A DNA stretch of 63,240 nt, filler included, from Intoshia linei (GCA_001642005.1; 8 parts of 8 records of this genome joined end to end with filler, not necessarily neighbours in it), one strand, 5' to 3'; counted from the first letter of the whole stretch, positions 39,201 through 52,195 are shown. Notes: generated by a model not told the origin, from the sequence alone. Translations and numbers: made by a program.

Positions 39201-39910
39201 ATATTAATAAATTTTAGTATTGTTTAACACTGAAATTTGTATTTTATTTACCTTTCGCTAGTCCTCCATATATTTATTAATTTTGTTTTAATATGGTAAT
39301 GTTATAATAAAATTATAACATAATGTATAATATATGGTAAAAATGTTAATAAATATTTTGAAAAAGGTTATTCAATCTGTGACCATTGAATCAAAAATTT
39401 TTGATATACTTTTAATAATTATTTACGAATGGTGAAAACTAGCGAATAACATAATAAGCAAATAGTGGAGGATCCAATTTATTATATAATTATGAATGTT
39501 AAAAATATGTGTATTTCTAATTGTGAGACAATTTAAGCAAATTATAGTGGTTTCTACCATTTTCATATGAAACTCTCCGTTTTTTCAATACTGTCTTCTA
39601 TACAGATTTAACCAAATTGATTCTATCAAATGGGGGACAATACTAACTTGTAAAAAGTGTTGCAATTAGAATTTGAAAATTTTTCTTGTATGGAATCAAA
39701 AATATTTCGTAATAATGTATTGTTTAGAATTTTTTTTGAAATTGTCTTATTATTTTAATATTTTTAATTAGAAGTCATAATACTCCAGATACAACTGCTG
39801 TCAATATCGGTTTTCGATGTGCATCCTCTAAATTACCAATGGAAGCGATTGAGAGTTTCATTAATAAAGCCAAGTCTAGTAAACCAATTGTTGAACATGA
39901 TGAATTATAG
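33286..39910 (+). CDS. SUMF1: Formylglycine-generating enzyme (sulfatase-modifying factor 1), 8 exons, 376 aa
   Basis: Exons 33286-33621, 35062-35190, 36130-36212, 37247-37369, 37878-37992, 38816-38929, 38990-39081, 39772-39910 are in phase. Signal peptide, [47 protein letters not shown] (both catalytic Cys), NIGFRCA and C-terminal HDEL. Confidence 0.96.
33628..34098 (+). mobile_element. Helitron-like family A copy inserted 6 nt after the SUMF1 intron 1 donor
   Basis: A|TCCTTACTTATATAATAT start; collinear with the 10731 copy for about 470 bp. Confidence 0.72.
34326..34640 (+). mobile_element. Retrotransposon (Gypsy-like) aspartic protease relic
   Basis: [15 protein letters not shown] and FKGAFG, then frameshifted [13 protein letters not shown]. 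Homologous to 60425-60600. Confidence 0.7.
35337..35640. repeat. Degenerate tandem repeat, about 115-bp unit x3; a related unit lies at about 43810-43890
   Basis: Recurring TAAAATCGGATTTTCAAAAAAATAT.GG.AAAAG…GGGTTGG-like unit near 35340, 35453 and 35568. Confidence 0.55.
36350..37225. mobile_element. MULE-like non-autonomous/fold-back element rich in TGTCAGTA/TACTGACA motifs; related copy at about 48326-48495
   Basis: More than 15 TGTCAGTA-like motifs in both orientations; about 84-bp inverted arms at 36958-37040 and 37124-37207. A minus-strand [23 protein letters not shown] remnant resembles MULE transposase C-termini. Confidence 0.6.
38014..38326 (-). mobile_element. Short Helitron-like element (5' TC at 38326; 3' hairpin plus CTAG)
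   Basis: Reverse complement begins A|TCCTTACT and ends AGCTATATATATCTAGCTAG|T; the interior matches family A. Confidence 0.6.
38328..38782 (+). mobile_element. Helitron-like element with both termini
   Basis: 5' TCCTTACTTATA; 3' GAGCTAGGTGATGTTTGTAC-GTA-GTACATAAACGTCAAC-CTAG|T hairpin terminus. A very similar terminus is at 36303-36344. Confidence 0.72.
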
Positions 39911-40598
39911 TTATGTTATTATTGTGTAATGTTCATTAAATGATTATAAATGAAATGAAGGGAAAATTAGGTTTATCCTGAAGGACTCAAATTCTGAAAC
40001 TGAAAAATAAATAAAAACACGTCCTCGGAAAAACTAAAAATTATCATAAATGAAAACCTCAAAAAAGATAATTTTCAGAACAATTTGAAAACAGCCCTAG
40101 AATTTAAAAAAATACAGATGGTACAGTTGTATCCTGTTAAAACACGCAAAAAATTTCAATCTGAATAAGTGACGCCTTTATAGTCAAAAAAGTACTTTAA
40201 TATTCATTTTTTTGATTTATAAACTATTTTATTAAAACAAAAAATTTGAAATAATTAACGGTCCTACAATTAAGAAAAAGAAAGATTATCATTACAGGAA
40301 TTATATTTTGGAAATTTTCAAAATCTGGTTTAATTCCACATATATGTGTATTAGGGTGTCACACCCATCAAAGAATTAAGGGAGATTAGTGCGGAAATGG
40401 TGGATTATCATGATATATAAAATTATCTAGAATGGGGTGTTGCAAAGATGCCGATTCGAGTTGCGCTCATCATTTTAANNNNNNNNNNNNNNNNNNNNNN
40501 NNNNNNNNNNNNNNNNNNNNNNTTAATTAATTAANNNNNNNNNNNNNNNNNNNNNNNNNNNNNNNNNNNNNNNNNNNNTCTTGTGAATGTTACTTTTC

Positions 40599-41427
40599 TT
40601 TTTAGTATTTTCAAATTAAGTTAGTATCAAAATTTTTATAAATTCATTGCTGTAGATGTCGTTCAAAATGTTTGGAAAATGAAAATTTAAAATTTAAAAA
40701 ATGCGTAGCAATGAAAAAAATTTCGAAGGAATGAATTATATAGATTTTTACCCATATGTCTTGACTGGAAATATGTAGACGTACAATCCACATTTTTTTT
40801 GAAATTGTAAGATCAATATTTACATTTTCAATTTTTGATTTTAATCGAAATATTTGAAAAATATTGGTTGAATATATTAAAAGTGTTTTCACCGGGAATG
40901 CGTAGATTTCTGGGGTTGAAATTTTGTATTTACATCAAATGGAATAAGCTCTATTAGAATAATTTTTTTTTTTAATTTTTGGACCGTTAATTATTTCACA
41001 TTTTTGGTTTTAATAAAATATTTCGGAAAAAAAATATATGAATACTAAAATGCTTTTTTGACCGTAAAGTCGTCACTTATTCAGATTGAAATTTTTTATG
41101 TGTGTTAACATGATACAACTGTACCACTTATAAATTTTTTAAAATTCTAGGGCTGTTTTCAAAAAAAAAAGGAAGGGAATTTGTGATTTTGGCCATGTAG
41201 GTATAATTTTTTTAAATTCTCCAATCGTTTAATTTTCAAAAAGAGGGACAATATAAGTTTTTGACCCTTAAGATGTGAAATTGGGAGGTTGAAATTTATC
41301 TTATTAAACGTTTCGGTAAAAACTGTAATTGAAATGTGGTCTTTAAAAAATTCTAAGAGTGCTAGTAATTTCAAAAAAGTAACACACAGACAAACAAAAA
41401 TAGCGTCGCATTTTATATAAGTTAGGA
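40599..41427 (-). mobile_element. Helitron-like family A copy
   Basis: Reverse complement starts A|TCCTAACTTATATAAAAT; longest copy seen; 3' limit approximate. Confidence 0.7.
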
Positions 41428-41666
41428 TCACAATATACAATACACTGTACTCACGTAGTACTCAGTGAGTACAAATGCAATACACCACAATATGAAAAAT
41501 TAAAAATAATAAATCAATAAACCTATTTTATTTGATAAGGTCTTGGTCAATTTACTCATAATATGAACGATATTTGAACATTTTGTAAATAAATTTATTT
41601 TGCAACTAATTTCTAAAACAAAACTTTAGATTCGAAATTTATTTGAATTGTACTGATAAAATTTTT

Positions 41667-42784
41667 ATGGAAAACAGTAAAAAAAGAAATGCATTAATTT
41701 TAGCAGGCCTGTGTGGTTCAATTGGAGCAGGAATATTGGTTGTAAGTTACTCTTTTGTTGCTCCAGCTTTCAGAAAAATTTGCTTACCTTATGTTCCTGC
41801 AACAAATATTCAGATTTCCAATGTTATTAATGTCTTGAAAAAGTCTAACAATAATAACTTACTAAAAATGAACAAATTCTTAGATATTGGAAGTGGTGAT
41901 GGGCGTATAGTACGTTTTTTTGTTTTAATAAATTCATTTAATTTTAGATTTTTAATATGGCTTCACATAATATTTTTAAGGAACTACATGGCGTTGAATT
42001 TAATTTTTGGCTTTGTAATTGGTCTCGATTCAAAATATTTGGAAAGACCAATAGTTTCAAAATTAAATTTTTTAATCGTAATTTATGGAAAGTAATTTTT
42101 TATATACAGTATATATTGTCGTCCGTTTCAAGAATCGGTCATTTTGCTATTTAAGGTAAAGTGAAAAAATCTCGTTTAATTTTACATTTTTTCAATATGT
42201 AAAAAAAATCCATTTTTACAAAACTTATATTCAAATGTATTACCATAAAAAATCACTATCCAACCCCAAAAGAAAATATTCCATGTTACCAATGTTCAAG
42301 AAAACTGACCAGAATTAATGTTTTTGTAAAGTAAATTAAAAATTTAAACTTAAATCGAGACTGAGTTAACCTTTTATTTTGTGGTAGTTGAAACATTTCA
42401 CCTAAAACTGCATAAAATAAGTTAAACCTGCTTTTGGTAGCAAAGACTGCATAATATATCAATTCAAAAATAAATAATTTTCTAAATTTTTTTACTTAGT
42501 TTGATATTTCAAAGTACGACTGCATGGTTCTATTTGGAGTTGATCAGATGGTATACTAATAATAATAATTCAAGGATAACAGAAGTTATAAAGTGTAGAA
42601 ATTGAAATATTACATTTTATTATCGATAACTAAACAAATCTAGATGTCAAAAATTGAAAAGTACTTTGAATCAAATGCTTCAAAAGGCACATTATTAATA
42701 TGCTGTAGATTTAATTTACCAAATATGAAGCCTTGTCAATCATATGGCAATGGAATTGACAAAGTTTGGCTGTACAGAAAATAA
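41667..42784 (+). CDS. FAM173B: FAM173-family mitochondrial lysine methyltransferase (ATPSCKMT/ANTKMT-like), 4 exons, 192 aa
   Basis: Exons 41667-41909, 41948-42091, 42500-42550, 42644-42784. N-terminal TM segment, PAFRKICLPYVPAT, DIGSGDGRI, GVEFN.WL, LFGVDQMM, ICCRF, GNGIDKVWLY. Confidence 0.93.
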
Positions 42785-42807
42785 AAAGTTTTTTTGATAT
42801 ATTTAAA

Positions 42808-44311
42808 CTAAGGTTCTACAATAAGTGGAGCTTTCCTAGCTTCTTTATATTTAGGCCAATTCACTTTAGATTGCATTATAAAATCGTATACTCCTTTTGG
42901 AGTTAGTTTCCAATCTCTGTACATTCTCGGGTTGATGGATTTATAAAATTCTATTAGTGCTTCATCTTTAAAACAATGGTATATATCCTTGGGTAAACCA
43001 AAATTTGAACTTTCCGTTAATTCTTCAATAGTATCATTAAAACTTTGATTGCGTTTAAAATTTATTTCAGCACATTATCTATATTTTCAAGAATGGACTT
43101 CTAAAGTATATTAATTAAAATGATGCATTTATTATACAATAAAATAATGGTCCTCAAAAAAAATTTAAATTGTTATTTTCTTTATATTTAAGTTTTTTCA
43201 AAAAATATGTAAAACTAACTTTAAAACAAAATTATACTAGTAATACAAAACAGTGGATAGTTTGTTGTATGCGATGTAAAAAATAAATTAATTATGAAAT
43301 ATTTTAGTGAATATCTGCCTAATTAAAAATCGGACACCCAAGCCTAACGGAAACCAGAGGTAAAAATAAATGTTCGGGTATGTGTGATGTGTGATATATC
43401 AAAATTTGGTAGGGTTTTTAAAGAAACATTTTTTCTACAATTTTTTACTTGATTTTACAAGATTTTGTAGCGTTTTTAAGGGAATCTAATTTAATTTAAT
43501 TAATCTAAGAGAATTTCATTTTAATATTTTTAACATTTTAACTTAAAATTTAAGGAATCTTTAAAAATTGGGTGAAAAAATCTTCCCTTAGAAATCCTAC
43601 CAAATTTTGAACCCATAATTATTTTCAAAATCATTAATAATTTTTGCTAAAGAAACACACAAAAATTTAATGAAAAAGTCAATGATAAATTAGTAAAATC
43701 GATGATTATGTCGCTCAAATGAATGTCGATCTAGAGCAGAGGTGGGGAAAGTGCGGCCTTATGAACAATTTTTTATTTAAAATTATTTTATTTTAAAAAT
43801 ATTAATTTTGGTAAAATAGGATTTTTCAAAAAAATATTGGTAAGAGCTGTTTTTTTCCTTAATGGTTGGTAAAATTTTGGTTTTTTCTCATAAGATTTTA
43901 CTAAATTGAATCAAATATGCTAAAAATGTATCATTCACCACCAATCATCTAAAATTTTCGTATTTAATTTTATTTAGAAAGCCTTAGTTGCGGCCATATT
44001 TAATTTTTTTGGGACGTTAGTGCTGCTATCGAACAGTAAATGCTTCCAATCTCTGATCTAGAGAATGGACGTCGTATGATGTACCAGAATTCATCTGGAT
44101 GTTAAGTTATATAATCTGATTAATGCTTCCGTTTTTAAGAGTTTTAAAAATAAATAAATAAAAACATTTTCTTTGATTCTGTAGCTTGTAGTGTGATTTA
44201 AGATTTTGCTTAAATCAATCAATTTTATTTTCGAAACTATCATCGATCTTATTTTTAAATTTTTGGCGGTCAAGTTCTAATGCATCAAGAAACTTGCCAA
44301 ACAACGCTGTA
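42808..44311 (-). pseudogene. Decayed unknown gene; terminal exon has an 88-codon open frame
   Basis: Open frame 43074-42808 (CAEINFKR…YRDWKLTPKGVYDFIMQ…VEP*) is one base out of phase with the upstream acceptor. Further coding-like exons near 44311-44060 carry stops and a MITE insertion. Confidence 0.45.
43737..44055. mobile_element. hAT MITE
   Basis: CAGAGGTGGGGAA…TTCCAATCTCTG termini; perfect 8-bp TSD ATCTAGAG. Confidence 0.85.
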
Positions 44312-44806
44312 CTACATTATAAATATTTATTTTTTAATCTAGTACAATTGTTGCAATTTGCAAGATTAATCAATTTTATTTTTTTAAATAAAATACTTCT
44401 GAGCTGTTTCAAATAAATGTGTAAAAAATGTATACAAGTTGGGTAATTTTTTTTTATATTGGAATTTTCTTTGTAGCAAATTGAAGCTAATTGGTTATTT
44501 TTTTTTTCATTATCAAAGTTAACTGTTTCCAGTTTTTTAATTCTAATCTTATTAGAATTTGTTTAGAAAACCAGTTTGGTTAGCCGTTGCAATTTTTACA
44601 TAATTTTGTTTAATAATCAAAATCGAAAATAACAATAATTCTGGGACGGGTGTTAGCGTGGTAGAATATGCTACGGATTCGAAAAGTTATAATCAGGATT
44701 TTATGGTGGTAATTTTTCATCATATTTTTATATCTTTTATGTAGCTTTTGGTTTGTTTTTTATGTTTATATTATGTACTTATTATTTTAATTTTTGTATA
44801 TTTTAG

Positions 44807-44915
44807 AATCAACTAAAAATTATGTCCAACATTCGACACGAAAATATTGCCACATTTTTACATACTTTTATGCTCAATTCTAAATTGTATGTCATTTATC
44901 CAGAGTTTTTATTTG
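44807..44915 (+). CDS. Isolated protein-kinase N-lobe exon (STE20/STRAD-like); possible upstream exon ending at 44708
   Basis: TTTTAG|NQLKIMSNIRHENIATFLHTFMLNSKLYVIYPEFLF-G|GTAATT resembles kinase subdomains III-V. Confidence 0.6.
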
Positions 44916-44994
44916 GTAATTATGTATAATTTCATTATTGTAATTTATTTTATTTTTATATAATATCTGGATTAAATGATCTATTGATGTACAA

Positions 44995-46036
44995 CAGTGG
45001 TTCTTAACCTTTTTTGGAGAATTGAGAATTTTTCAACAAAAATAAATTTATCGTCCCATAAAGACAATCAATATTTTTTTAATTTACAAAGTTTATAAAT
45101 TTTTTTTAACAGTAGAGTTGATACGGAATACAATAACAAAAGCAATTAATAATTGTTTTTTTGATATCTTAAGAAATATGCAAATGAAATTTGAGATTAT
45201 TTTTGTAATTTGATGGATGATGAAAATAATATATACAAAAAATACGATAAAAACTGATTATGTAAAAAAAGAAAAATATATTATAATGAATAAATGTAAC
45301 AAATTTGAAATGAGAAATATTAAATGGAATCATGAAATTATAAATGTTTAAGTTTTACAAAGAAAAAATAAAATTTGTAAATTTTTCAATATCAGAAGCG
45401 ATATTTGTTAAGCATAATCTTAAGTCACCCCGTTTGATCAATGTAGTTTGTTCCTCTTTTTTGATTGAGGATCAGTTACCTTGCTAAAACCTTTCTCAAC
45501 AAGGTAAGTAGATGTATATATAGGCCAATAGTAACAATGTCACTTCGTTCCAAAGATTTGGATATGCATTTTTTTTTTTAAAAATGAATTGTGCCTCAAT
45601 GTCATTTTGTAAGTCAATCAATTCTACTAAATTCGATGGAATTGAATTAACATCAACATTGAATGGATTTATTGCATACTCTGGTATTTCTGTGTTTCGT
45701 GTATTATAAATACTAATTAGGTTGTTAATTAAAATTGCATGTTATTTTTAATTCTAACGAGTTCACCTAAATAAAAAGATTCCAAAGATGAATACAAACC
45801 CTTTCTACAAAATAATCATGTGACTATAACCACTGTACCAGCTAGGCTCATTGAACGGTTATAATGTGATGTTATATTGAAATTCCAACTGATGCGATAT
45901 AAATATTTTCGCCCCCCCCCCCNATTGAAATTCCAACTGATGCGATATAAATATTTTCGCCCCCCCCCCCCATATCACCCCAAATTTTTTTTCACCCTAT
46001 TCGATGATAAAAACGCCCCAAGGTTAAGAATCACTG
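44995..46036 (-). mobile_element. Buster/Charlie hAT deletion derivative
   Basis: TIRs CAGTGGTTCTTAACCT / AGGTTAAGAATCACTG; TSD ATGTACAA/ATATACAA. Transposase C-terminal pieces INPF, ELIDLQND, YPNLW, STYLVEKGFS and LRLCLT. Confidence 0.88.
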
Positions 46037-46882
46037 ATATACAATGTATAATACATGTATATGTAGATTTAAAGTTGTAATATAATTTAGTCTATTAATG
46101 GGATTTTGAGGTTACAAAATTACAAAAAACAATTCATTTAATTTGATTTTAAACGATATTATGTACAAAACTTTGCTGATTAATAACACAGTACAACATT
46201 TTTCGAAAAATTTATAAATAGATTTTTCTAACCTATATCGTTTTGTAGCCGGTATTCTTGTGATTCGAATGGTGTGGGTCACTCTATCAAGTCAGATCGA
46301 CATTTCGAGATATAATAGGAATAAAATAACATAATTACAAGAAAGTTATATTGATTGTGATCTAAAACCCACTATTTGACCTTTAACAAAGTTATGGATT
46401 CAACCAAAAATTTTGCTTGTGGCAATATACGTATATATGTACCATAGCGAGAAAAAAAATTTACAAAATTCAAAGTATTTTAGAATTTAGCCTGTGGCGT
46501 TTCTCTTATTTCTTTAGAAAAATTAGCATTTTTGAAGAATAGATTTCTACTTTTATGAGTGATATATACATTTAAGAGTATACTTCTAATTCTACCTTTA
46601 GCAATGCTAAGGTTAGATCCAGAATTTTTTTATACGATATTAAAAATAATGTAAAATTAAAATTTAATGGATTTTTGANNNNNNNNNNNNNNNNNNNNNN
46701 NNNNNNNNNNNNNNNNNNNNNNTTAATTAATTAANNNNNNNNNNNNNNNNNNNNNNNNNNNNNNNNNNNNNNNNNNNNAACTTGTCGACAACCTAAGTCG
46801 TTAAAATAATTTACCCAAAGGTGATTAAACTTATCGACATGAAAAGTCGTTAAAAATACGAAGTTGGTGAAGCTCTCCAGGT

Positions 46883-46966
46883 AAAGAATTTGCAGTCAAT
46901 GGTGAAAAAATGGCTGTAAATTGTGAAGAATTTGCAGTTAATGGTGAAGAAATTGCTGTCAATGGT
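46883..46966. repeat. 21-bp minisatellite x4 (rc CCATTGACTGCAAATTCTTCA; PLTANSS-like if translated)
   Basis: Four degenerate TGAAGAATTTGCAGTCAATGG units. Confidence 0.7.
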
Positions 46967-48930
46967 GTGGATTCAATTACAGTGGTGAGGGTAGCCGCGC
47001 TTGGTACCCTGGTGAAAATACAAAGTGCCTTTTGGTGAATGTTTTGGTGAAGGATTTTGTATAAATTGAGGGAAGTGTTGTAATTGTTGTGTAAATAGTA
47101 GTTAAGTTGTATCTAAAGTGATCACCATGATCACTTTATGATTTTGTACACGTGATTAAATTGTTAATTTATAAAATCCTTAAATCATTACAAAACGAAG
47201 TAGTAATTTAAGTTTTTGTAAAACAAAAATTAAGAAAATACGAAAATAAACTTAAATTTGGTCATTTTTTGTTAATTACTTATTGATAAGCTTAATTTCG
47301 TTAACAATAATTTTAAAAAAAGGTCTTTGAAATCATGATTTCTATTCAAAAATACACATTATCTACCTGGTATATTTTAAAAAATAACAAAGTTTAAAAT
47401 AAATGTGACACTCTAATTATCATCCTGTACTTATTTAAAAATAAATGTGTGTGTGTTTGTGTTTTACCATTTATGTAAAAAATTGACAGTCGTAGAATTA
47501 TAAATACTTATAATATTAATCTTCATTGCTGGCAATATGTTAATGGTGATTTTATTAATAATGACATATTTTTGTGTTCATTATTTACGAGTCTGATTAA
47601 ATATTGATGGAAAAAATAATTTAAAATATTAATTTTTCTAATTACCTAATATTTTTTAAATGTATTGTAACGGGAACATTAATTCGAATTATATACATTG
47701 GTTCAAAATTATTGAGAAATCCATTTACACTACATGTATGGCTTTCACTTTGGATATTTACTATGTTTCGTTGAATTTTGTACTCCATGTCAAGTTGACT
47801 AAAATATGTATATTAGGATCACGAATGATGTGTTGATAATTTATGTTTAGTTTTTTCATTAAAAAACTTAATATAAATTTATAGAATCACAATTAACTAT
47901 TCGAGCGAGTTCACTAGGGCGAAAAATCAGGGCAATTAGTGCGCATCAGGTGTAGTGTCATGTAAAATAACATAATTTAAAATGGGATGTTGAAAAAATG
48001 TATATTGGAGAGGGGCGAATGATTTTAAATATATCACATAAAAATAGTATAGAAAAATTTTAACTGAACTTTCTAAATTCATTCTAATATTTATTAAATT
48101 AGAATAAATTAAAATAATAAACATTTTAAATAAAAATAAATAGGGTTATTCATATAAATGTAACCATAAATCATTTATTTGGGGTTTTTAATAAAATTGA
48201 TTATAAAATCAAATATATTTATTAGATTTTGAAAAGATTTTAACAAGATTTATTACCCAAAATAAATGATTTAATGTTAAATTTAAAAAATCACAATATA
48301 CAGTAAGACCTCACTTAATCAAGGATATACTGACAAAATAATTTTTTTATTGCCATTTTTAATTTAAATACTGACAATCAATTATTTATACTAACACCTT
48401 GTCAACTGGCACATAAACACTGACAATTTAATATTTTTAACTATTAAACTATTTAAAATACTGACACTTTACGGATTAAAATACTGACGCGCATAATATA
48501 AGTCATATTAAATATAATTTTGATAAATTTAAGACAAATGTGCAGCAGCACATTTCTAATACAGTTACATTTCTGATATTTCCGTTAAATAAAATTTTGA
48601 CTGTAACAATAATCTAAGATACTATATTGACACTGTCTATACTCTAATAAAAATATTTAATTTTATTTGAATTAAATTTATCCATACTCAATTGGTACGA
48701 TTCATTAAAACTCGAATAAATTTCAGTTTTTATTTTCTATGATATTTTTACTTTGAACTATTGTGAATATTACATAAATGAACAGATTGTGATCTAGTCG
48801 TTCTTAAAATTCTCAAATTTTGGAATCATATTCTTTTGAAATATAGTAAAAATCAAGAAACAAAAATTATGAAATACAAATTTTAATACAATTTACAAAT
48901 CTAATACGTTATATCTAATACGGATAAATG

Positions 48931-49411
48931 TTATTTGAAATTTACATGGGAACTATCAAAACCACAAATTAAATTAAATTCATCAAAATCAACTTGAATT
49001 AATACTTCTCATATATTATTGAAGTGAAATTTTCGAATTTTTTTATTGGAATGAATTGATTTGTACAACACAGTTTCATAATTTTCGGTTGTTCAAACGT
49101 TTGCCTAGAAAATATCATTACTTGAAATGTAAATTAAATCGATATACTTCATATATCCTTGATACATTTCATAGCCAATTGTTTTATCCATAAATAATAA
49201 GTTTTGTTTTTTCTATATGTATATTTATTTAGCACTTCGGTAAATATTAAAAATATTTTTATTACCGAACCGAGTATTAAATCGATTGACACTCCAACGC
49301 CAATAATTATAATCGGTAACATTTTTAACTTTAGTCCTACTTTTAAATTAATATTTGTTATGGCTTTTTCTTGATTTTCCAGTGTAATTACTTCATAATT
49401 ATGATAAAATC
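48931..49411 (-). CDS. 3' four exons of an unknown gene
   Basis: Exons 49411-49266, 49212-49148, 49104-49006, 48952-48931 with 53/43/53-nt GT-AG introns and mutually consistent phases; includes a hydrophobic stretch MLPIIIIGVGVSIDLILG. Confidence 0.5.
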
Positions 49412-50731
49412 CTAAAACATTTTAATATAAAAGTGTATTTTTCAATCGATATATATTTATTTAGATAGAACTAAGATATGATTTGCAACAGAAAAAACTT
49501 TTAAATATGATTATTTAAATAAAAATTGTACTTATTTTAAAATTGATTAAAATCTGTTTAAGCAAAATTTTCAAAATTGAAACGTTTATTGCAATGTACT
49601 ATAATGGGTGTTATTTTTTGACCTCATTCCTCCATTTGTTTATAATTTTTTTCTCTTTAATTGTCTTAGAATATTTAAAAAAATATTAATTTATATTTAT
49701 TATTTTTATGTGTTGATATTTACTTTAATATATTATTAACTGTTCTAGAAATAGCAAATCTTTATATGATATCATTAATCATATGATTAATAAAAAATTT
49801 AATTAGCTTAGTTGTGATGTTGGAAATTGGATAAATTTGCATAATACCTAGTTAAAAATTGTGATTGTATCCAATGAGTAATTTAAAACTGTTTCGTCTG
49901 TTTTGTCGGAATACATTTAATTTAGTTTTATATTATGTTATTGTGAGTTTGATCAATGAATATCATTATATGGACAGTCAAGCCTTGATATTTTCGAGTC
50001 ATTAAAATTTTATGTTTAAACTTATGCACGTAGGAGGTGATATAAATTTATATTACCAGTACAATGAAGTTAAAATAAATCAAGTACATGAATGATGCAA
50101 ATTTAGAGGCAACATTTTAACTAGTACAATAAACCCACGCTTCAATTATCACTACAAAATGTATTTTTTTTATGATCAAAGCCTTGATTATATTAATCTT
50201 AATTATAGGAATATAATAAATATTATAATTGTTAAATTTAAATTATGGTATTTTTTAAATTCTGTCAAATAATTAATAATAATCATCAAATTAGATTCTA
50301 ACATATGATTTAATCAGTAAAAGAATATAAATTTGCCTATATATGGTGATGGTGTATCCAAATTTATATAACATCCTATGACATCATTAGTTTTGAATTT
50401 TCCACAAATGTGATTTATTGTTTTATTATTTTTTTGTATTTTTTTCTATATTAAAATTAATATTAGCTGTAATTGAATATTTATGACTTGAATATAATAT
50501 ATATATATATAACAATTTTATGATAATTAATCCATTACATGTTTTAAATCGATCAATATTGAATTATCATAAATAAATTGAATCGAGTTATGGATATAGT
50601 TTTCATAATATATGAAACCAATAAGTAAATCGCAATTTTCAGAATTAATTTTACATTCGTAACACCTAAAATATAGTTATCGAATTAATCATTATTAAAC
50701 ATATATTACTGTAATCATTTCTTTACTTATA

Positions 50732-51436
50732 CAGTCCCGTTCAAAATAAACTGGCACTTGTTAAAAAATATTACTTTTTCATAAACAATGATTAAATTCG
50801 AAAACATTAAATATACAAATGAAAATAACTCTTACATCCAAATGAGGAGATTGATTTAAGTGAATACTGAATTGATGTACAATTTTTTAATTGAAATACC
50901 GGCAATTTAAAAATAATAATTAATTTATTAAAATAAAACAGTAGTGCAAAATAAACTAGCACGTAAATTAAAATTTACATGAATTATAATAAAATGTTGA
51001 AATTGTGACCATCAATTATATAGAATCAAATAAAATAAATAAATCCTTTGTAGAAGCTCCTTTACATTTTATTACTGAATTTATTCCTCGAGGTATGGAT
51101 TCATATAAATTTTTTATTATGGAAAATTCAATCTCTATCCATTCTTCAACAACAATATCCCACAACCTGGTCAAATTTTGGGAGCTATTTTAGACACTTT
51201 CCTCTTTAATATGAACCACATATTTTCAATAATATTCAAATCTGGACTCTGACTGGGCCAATTATCCAACGTCTCAATATTACTGGTACGTAGAAAATCT
51301 TTGGTGGAGCGAGAACGATGACAGGGAGCACTATCTTGGTGTAGTATCATATTGGTCTCATAAATACCCCCCACTTTCGATCTTAATATTCGTTGATACT
51401 CCTCGGAGTTTACATTGCCCCGGCATAATTCAATTA
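50732..51436 (-). mobile_element. Tc1-family transposon, 3' part, IR-DR type end
   Basis: TA|CAGTCCCGTTCAAAATAAACTGGCAC with an inner direct repeat near 50945; LHQDSAPCH and [15 protein letters not shown]. Confidence 0.9.
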
Positions 51437-51536
51437 NNNNNNNNNNNNNNNNNNNNNNNNNNNNNNNNNNNNNNNNNNNNTTAATTAATTAANNNNNNNN
51501 NNNNNNNNNNNNNNNNNNNNNNNNNNNNNNNNNNNN

Positions 51537-52195
51537 AGTATTATCACAATGTATCCATTTTTCATCACCAGTCACAATATTTTCTAAAAATGGTTCATTT
51601 TTTAGTCTGACTAGTAATAATTGGCATAAGTTTTTTCTATTTAATTTATGTTGAATCGTTAATAAGTGGGGTACCCATATTCCAGACTTATTCACTTTTT
51701 GTAAACGTTTCAAACAATTAAAGGCACTGGTTTCTGAACAGCTGGCAACAATGGGAAGCGATTGACTTGTTTGAATTAGAGATTTTTTCAATTCACTTTT
51801 TATTTGATTAATATCAACAGTTGAAAATCTACCGGAAAGTTGGAAATCTTTAGGGTGTAGTTTTCATTTCGAAATCTTTTAAACAATGTTTGACATTTTC
51901 TGTCATTTAAAACATCCTTACCATACATAGCACATATATTTTTGGTAGCTACCATTGCACTAAAGTCCCTAAAGTACTCATACAGTAAAATATAACGTAA
52001 ATGTCCCTCAAAATCATTTAAATATTTCGTCTAAATATTTGTAGATTTAAATAAATTACGTTCTCATCTGATGTAGTCGTACACATGATTGTTAAAAAAT
52101 ATTTTATATTTCAAAATATGTGAAATCTTATCAGTGATAAAGCGTTTCTCATCAAATTAATCAATAAAAAAGACATAACTTTGTGAATCACCTAA
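51537..52195 (-). mobile_element. mariner transposon, 5' part
   Basis: TA|TTAGGTGATTCACAAAG end; WVPHLLT and IVTGDEKWI motifs. Confidence 0.9.

Noticed and set aside
1467-42784. MVP, PITRM1, RNF2, SUMF1 and FAM173 as one functional cluster
   Set aside because: They lie on three different linker-separated blocks and have unrelated functions.
45876-45970. Perfect 47-bp tandem duplication
   Set aside because: The copies are separated by a single N, typical of unresolved overlapping contig ends.
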